The translations under genes were made by a program, and so were the position numbers. From a virus, in IMG/VR virus record IMGVR_UViG_3300023184_000079, positions 17,645-81,644 of that record: a stretch of DNA of 64,000 nucleotides; one strand, written 5' to 3'. Under the pieces are notes generated by a model. That model did no database searches, was not told the origin of the DNA, and saw nothing but the letters and a program-made list of their open reading frames with translations. This document shows, in pieces, positions 59,386-64,000 of this stretch (the first letter of the stretch is position 1; the number at the start of each line of letters is the position of its first letter).

Positions 59386-60420
59386 TCATGCTAGAACCAT
59401 TTCTTCGTCATAGATATTTCCATAATGTTTGCCTCCATATATATAACCATTGTTAACGGCACGAACAAGTTCAACATGGAAGTTTGAGGTTCGTGTGGAA
59501 AAATGTCCCACAGCAAATCCCGGCTGCCAGTTTGTTTCGCCGATTTTGTACTCGGCATTACGCATACAGAGACAACCCTGTTCATACCAAGTAAGGTTAC
59601 GATAGCCATACTTGGGGTATTCCGCCATGCGGTGGGTATGACCCATCATGCCAGAGATAAGGGTGTTATTTAGACGAGCCTTAGCACTTGCGCCAGCATC
59701 AGAACGGACAACATGACCATGCTCAAACACAAACTCAGGACGAATACGGAATCCGCTACGTCCATAGAGTGTGATTTCTAGTTCCTCCAATTGCAAAAGA
59801 GCCTCCGGCTTTAAAGCACGAAGGCTTGAAAGAGAACGAGCGTTATTTTCAACATAAGAGAGAAGTCGTTCGTCATGGTTGCCGAGTGTTTCGCGAATTA
59901 CGGCATTGGGAGCGATATCACGAAGGGTCCTTCTGAAATCGACACCCATATCAATTTCCTCTTGCAATTCGTCAAGGCGTTCTAATCCCTGATTAAACCG
60001 AGATAATTGGAAAAAGTCATTCACATCTCCATTAATCACGATGCAATGAGGCTTAATGTCTTCAATAAGTAGAAAAGTCGAAGCCAACAGAGTTTCATTG
60101 TGATAAGGGAAATGGATGTCTGAGACGGATACGACAACCTCAAATTGTTCATCCGTTGTTGAAGAAACAAGCGGGGCTAAACCATCCCCCCATTTTTCGG
60201 CAACAGGAATAACAAATCCCTCACCGGGGACGTATCGGCCTTGGCGTGAACGTAGGTTGCGGTACTCCGATACACGACCACGCAGACCGGATACCGAGAC
60301 ATCGACTCCAAAACGGCTATAAACCTCTTGAGCGAGGTCCTGCCAAGATGGTGCGCCGTCATCGGGCGTAGCGCCCTTTGGTTTGCGCTCTATACAGTAT
60401 TCAAGGATTTCTTTATTCAT
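59386..60420 (-). CDS. Calcineurin-like metallophosphoesterase
   Basis: SDIHFP, NGDVND, GNHDER, HGH and GHTHR motifs. Confidence 0.88.
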   Translation of the reverse strand: MNKEILEYCIERKPKGATPDDGAPSWQDLAQEVYSRFGVDVSVSGLRGRVSEYRNLRSRQGRYVPGEGFVIPVAEKWGDGLAPLVSSTTDEQFEVVVSVSDIHFPYHNETLLASTFLLIEDIKPHCIVINGDVNDFFQLSRFNQGLERLDELQEEIDMGVDFRRTLRDIAPNAVIRETLGNHDERLLSYVENNARSLSSLRALKPEALLQLEELEITLYGRSGFRIRPEFVFEHGHVVRSDAGASAKARLNNTLISGMMGHTHRMAEYPKYGYRNLTWYEQGCLCMRNAEYKIGETNWQPGFAVGHFSTRTSNFHVELVRAVNNGYIYGGKHYGNIYDEEMVLA

Positions 60421-62539
60421 TGGGTTCCTGAATTAGTTTGATTGAACGGGATTTTTTTGCTGTTGGTAGTTTCTTTATAGCAGATTCTACATCTAACTGC
60501 AAATCCTCAGACGATTTTTTTTCGCCTTCGACTGAACCCTGTCTATTATATTGGAGTCCGGGCCGACGTTCATTACTAATTTCAGGAACTGGTCCCTTTT
60601 CAGAACCGATTGGGCCTGCTGGGGGCGGCCCACCACCGGGCGGAGTTCCGCCCATACCACCGGGTCCAAGACCCTCACCCATACCGCCGGGTGCTGGCGG
60701 CATCGCAATTGGTCCTCCACCGGGGGCCATGCCGGGACCGACACCACCCTCTTGAGGGGCTGCACCCTCTTGTCCCATTGTCGCAATTTCGGCTGCGAGG
60801 TCTGGGGGGATGGGAAGACCTTTTCTAACAAGAATCTTGTACGTTTCCATCTTTGCCTCTTGCTGAGCAACTGTTTTGGAAATCATCTCTGTCTGCATTT
60901 CGTCAAGACTATCCTTAAACTCAAACGGAATGCCGACCATAAGGTGTTCATCAGAAATTGGAACACCCATTGTGCGTAGAGTCTGAAGGAACTGTCGCTC
61001 CGTTGCCTCGTCGCGCATGTCTAGGACAGCCATATTCATATCTGGAATAAGAAGTTTTTGACGTTTTTCTATTCGGAAACCCTCTTTCGCTTCCGGATCG
61101 GGAACGACGACTTCTTCGTAAATGGGGACACGAGTTTGTCCCTTCTTCTCATAATCGTAATGGCCGTGGGCTTCCGCAATAACCATCGCTCTTTCTCTAT
61201 AATGCCTCTTCAAATAATCCTGATAGGTGCGAAGCATCTGATTCATAAACTCTGCTTGAAGGGCTGAAGAGGCGTAGGGCTGAGAGTTCACGCCGCCGCC
61301 AAGTAGCGATGGGTTAATACCAAAGACCTGCATGAGGCGGCGCTCAATGCGGTCAAAATCGTTCCAGAGGTCCGGCACTTGCTCACGACCAAAGACATTT
61401 GTAACGTCAAGAGCGAAATGATGAACAAGTAGGCGGAAATCCGAGGATAAAGCGATATCCATGTCATCACGGAATTGCTCCAATTCGCCCGGGCCGGGAA
61501 TCCATGGACCCTGCCCATCACCGAGATCCGTAGCGCCGAGTTTGGCGAGGATGAGAGGGGAATAGAGACGTTCTGCGATGGCATCCTGCGATGCAAGCAA
61601 TTTCTCTTCATGTATGAGCATGCGAAGGCCACGAAGAAGGATCGGTGTGCCGTGATCGTCCCAAGGATTTGCACGAAAGGCAATTTGCTTCATCAAAACG
61701 TCAGAAACGGGAAATGCCTCACTACGTTCTAGGAACGGAATAAGGTCGCCGTAATTCTGAACGAGCATCTTGTATTCTTCGGTCGGCTGCTTGGTACGAG
61801 CGATGCGCTTCAAATAATCCGGGGGTACGATCTTCATCTGCTTGGATCCGAGAAGCGGATAGTTCTCAATAATTACATCTTCGGGATTAATAAGTTCTTC
61901 GCGTTCCCATGTTCCGAGATGTTCGTTAAAAGATGCAAGCGGGAATGCCTCGCCAATCATCCAGTATTCGCGCCCAAGGGACACGAGAAACTCTGGGTAG
62001 TTCAACTGATCAAGAAAAACATCTTCGTAGAAAGATGTTAGTTGATTATCTTTGCATTCAAAATACATTCCCGAAAGCGGGAAGCGCGTAAATATATCAA
62101 CAAGAATTGGAATAAGATAGTGCGTCATATAAAACAAACGCATCCACTTGTGCAACTTATGACGATGTCCTTCGTCCGCCATATTCCATGGTAAACCCGA
62201 AAGATCCCAATACTCCATTGGGTCATAGAAACGCGGAATGGCGGAATACACGTCGCCCATATTTGACGACTTATTGAATCCTCCGCTCTTGCTCATGCGA
62301 GAATTTCGCATGGCCCTTGTAAGACGCGCGTTTTCTTGAATTGAGGAGACGGTCTGATCGTTAGCGCCGGGGATGGATGACGCGGTGCGTGAGAGATCGT
62401 CGCGCAGAGATCCGCCCGACGCCATGCCATACATTTCCTGAACAGACTTCATTGCCCTGCCGGGATGACGAGGCAGGATGAGTTTCTGATCCCGAAGTCT
62501 CTGAAGTTCTTGGTCTAGTTTTATTGTATTTTTTGGCAT
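60413..62539 (-). CDS. Portal protein
   Basis: 708 aa; FYMTHYLIPILVDIFTRFPL..YWMIGEAFP..INPEDV..HGTPILLR..RLYSPL, resembling portals of large actinobacterial myophages; Gly/Pro-rich C-terminus. Confidence 0.8.
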   Translation of the reverse strand: MPKNTIKLDQELQRLRDQKLILPRHPGRAMKSVQEMYGMASGGSLRDDLSRTASSIPGANDQTVSSIQENARLTRAMRNSRMSKSGGFNKSSNMGDVYSAIPRFYDPMEYWDLSGLPWNMADEGHRHKLHKWMRLFYMTHYLIPILVDIFTRFPLSGMYFECKDNQLTSFYEDVFLDQLNYPEFLVSLGREYWMIGEAFPLASFNEHLGTWEREELINPEDVIIENYPLLGSKQMKIVPPDYLKRIARTKQPTEEYKMLVQNYGDLIPFLERSEAFPVSDVLMKQIAFRANPWDDHGTPILLRGLRMLIHEEKLLASQDAIAERLYSPLILAKLGATDLGDGQGPWIPGPGELEQFRDDMDIALSSDFRLLVHHFALDVTNVFGREQVPDLWNDFDRIERRLMQVFGINPSLLGGGVNSQPYASSALQAEFMNQMLRTYQDYLKRHYRERAMVIAEAHGHYDYEKKGQTRVPIYEEVVVPDPEAKEGFRIEKRQKLLIPDMNMAVLDMRDEATERQFLQTLRTMGVPISDEHLMVGIPFEFKDSLDEMQTEMISKTVAQQEAKMETYKILVRKGLPIPPDLAAEIATMGQEGAAPQEGGVGPGMAPGGGPIAMPPAPGGMGEGLGPGGMGGTPPGGGPPPAGPIGSEKGPVPEISNERRPGLQYNRQGSVEGEKKSSEDLQLDVESAIKKLPTAKKSRSIKLIQEPNE

Positions 62540-62769
62540 GGATCCTCTGATTTTAATCCATTATAGCAGTCTTTATGATTTTCGCAATTATGCATGACGA
62601 AATTCGCTAGCCCAACGCGGGTTAACATGATTAACATACCAATCTACGCATTCTTGAGCATTATCAACATTATACTTATGGGTTAAATGTTTTGCTGCCT
62701 GAAGCGGAGACATTCCTTCTTTGGATAGCCCATTTAGAACGTCCATTATCCCCTTCATCTGGGATTGGC

Positions 62770-63594
62770 TTATCTCAGAAGTTTTTTTTTACCGTATTTT
62801 TTGCCACCATCACGGGCAATTTCGACAACTGCATCTTTTATATTATGTGACAATTCATTATACTTATCATCTTGCATCAACTGCTCAATTGCGTTTTCTT
62901 TTTTGTTATCAGGAATTTCCTGTTCAAAAATTATAGACGCTTTTTCTTTAAGGTCGTAAGCGAGATCTCTAATATTGCCTATTTTTTTTTTAGAGGCTAC
63001 TGGTCGTGCTTGACCTTTGTTTGGAAAAACTTTGGTGTTGTCACCAACATTAAACTCAGGCTGCATTGGGATGTCTGCATTAACGCGGTTGACAAGAGGA
63101 TGATCCATTTCTAAATCAGCAACGTAATCAGCGCGATCCTGAGGGTGCTGTAGTTCTTTACGATGACGAACCGAATCAATCTCTGGTGCCTCTTGGGATG
63201 TGTGCCATTCGTCACCCGCTGTGTCGGGATTCAATTTTGGAGAAGGCTCACCGGAAAGTTCTCCATGCTCACCGGCTTTGGGGAGTTCATCGCGACGAGT
63301 GTAATAGTTGTCGCCATCTTCAACATCAGCCGCTAGGAGTTCAATCTGACCGTGGACAATCTTAGAGATGTGATCGGTGTCAGCGTAGTTGAATTCTTCA
63401 CAGGCGTCTTGGATCATTCCGTCAATCTTGTCCTGAACTAAGGCAAGACGAGAATTGAATTCAGAAATGTTTGAAGACTTCTCTAGAAACGGATAAAGTG
63501 CTTCCGAACGGCTAACCGCGATAGCAGCGGCCTTGCGGAGCGAATCGCCCTCGCCGTCTGAGATAATTTCAAGATATTCAAAAATGTCGGCCAT
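62770..63594 (-). CDS. Hypothetical head-module protein
   Basis: FL..SSN.SEFNSRLAL motif; adjacent to the portal. Confidence 0.6.
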   Translation of the reverse strand: MADIFEYLEIISDGEGDSLRKAAAIAVSRSEALYPFLEKSSNISEFNSRLALVQDKIDGMIQDACEEFNYADTDHISKIVHGQIELLAADVEDGDNYYTRRDELPKAGEHGELSGEPSPKLNPDTAGDEWHTSQEAPEIDSVRHRKELQHPQDRADYVADLEMDHPLVNRVNADIPMQPEFNVGDNTKVFPNKGQARPVASKKKIGNIRDLAYDLKEKASIIFEQEIPDNKKENAIEQLMQDDKYNELSHNIKDAVVEIARDGGKKYGKKKLLR

Positions 63595-64000
63595 TAGAGA
63601 TATAATCCTTCGTCTGGAACAGAATTAAAAGATGTTTTTTTATTCTGTATCTTTTGACTCTTTTCAATTTTAGAAATACGCAATGCGTTTCTGCGAGCAT
63701 TTTCTGCGTTTTCAATATACTTTGTAATAAATTCTTGACGAATGTCTTCATTAAGATAGGCCGCTGCACTAGCAACTCGGCGCTTTGCGTGGGAGCGGAC
63801 GGCACCAGCGTCAGACATCATCTCTTCAGGAAGGTCTGTGATCATAAGGATCGGATCTTCACGAACAAACTTGTCTACGTCTTCAACGACATTGGAGGCG
63901 GCATCTTCAGCGGCTCCATCCAACCAGTCAGCACTGTGCTGAGTGAAGGCGGAGGAATATATCTCTTTGCCGATCTCATATGTGGGAAGTTCCGCAATCT
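63594..64000 (-). CDS. Hypothetical head-module protein (5' end outside the window)
   Basis: The frame stays open to the window end (IAELPTYEIGK..DWLDGAAED..PDEGLYL). Confidence 0.6.
   Translation of the reverse strand, partial: IAELPTYEIGKEIYSSAFTQHSADWLDGAAEDAASNVVEDVDKFVREDPILMITDLPEEMMSDAGAVRSHAKRRVASAAAYLNEDIRQEFITKYIENAENARRNALRISKIEKSQKIQNKKTSFNSVPDEGLYL

Noticed and set aside
1-64000. Genome-wide TAG reassignment
   Set aside because: Many genes end at TAG at natural C-termini (e.g. 4385, 6491, 8826), and long ORFs are intact in the standard code; only one convincing internal TAG was found.

Overview
This window is a 64-kb fragment of a large tailed dsDNA phage genome, mostly encoded on the minus strand. 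The host is probably an actinobacterium, inferred from a Ku gene, Rpf-like transglycosylases, an MSMEG_6728-type glycosylase and leaderless sigma-70 promoters. Layout: (1) 1-10 kb tail-fibre and tail-collar genes; (2) 10-18 kb large acidic proteins, including five unrelated genes that all start with MAF[KR]FETANERWxW; (3) 18-30 kb DNA metabolism and accessory genes (dUTPase, tRNA-Arg, SNF2 helicase, Ku, transglycosylases, a candidate structured ncRNA); (4) about 24-39.5 kb a visibly GC-rich early island of small genes, with 14 copies of a ~55-bp promoter element, 12 of them leaderless; (5) 40-48 kb nine more unrelated ORFs (ADP-ribosyltransferase-like, glycosylase-like, HExxH, ParB-like, pentapeptide repeat) that all start with a related M[KW]R[IL][ES]TRxxM[LI] leader; (6) 49-64 kb membrane proteins, hypothetical proteins, a second candidate ncRNA, a metallophosphoesterase and the portal. 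The most striking signal is the N-terminal leader shared by 14 otherwise unrelated ORFs and conserved at the protein level, a candidate capsid-targeting or injection tag for a library of effectors. All product calls come from motif recognition by eye; no database search was run.
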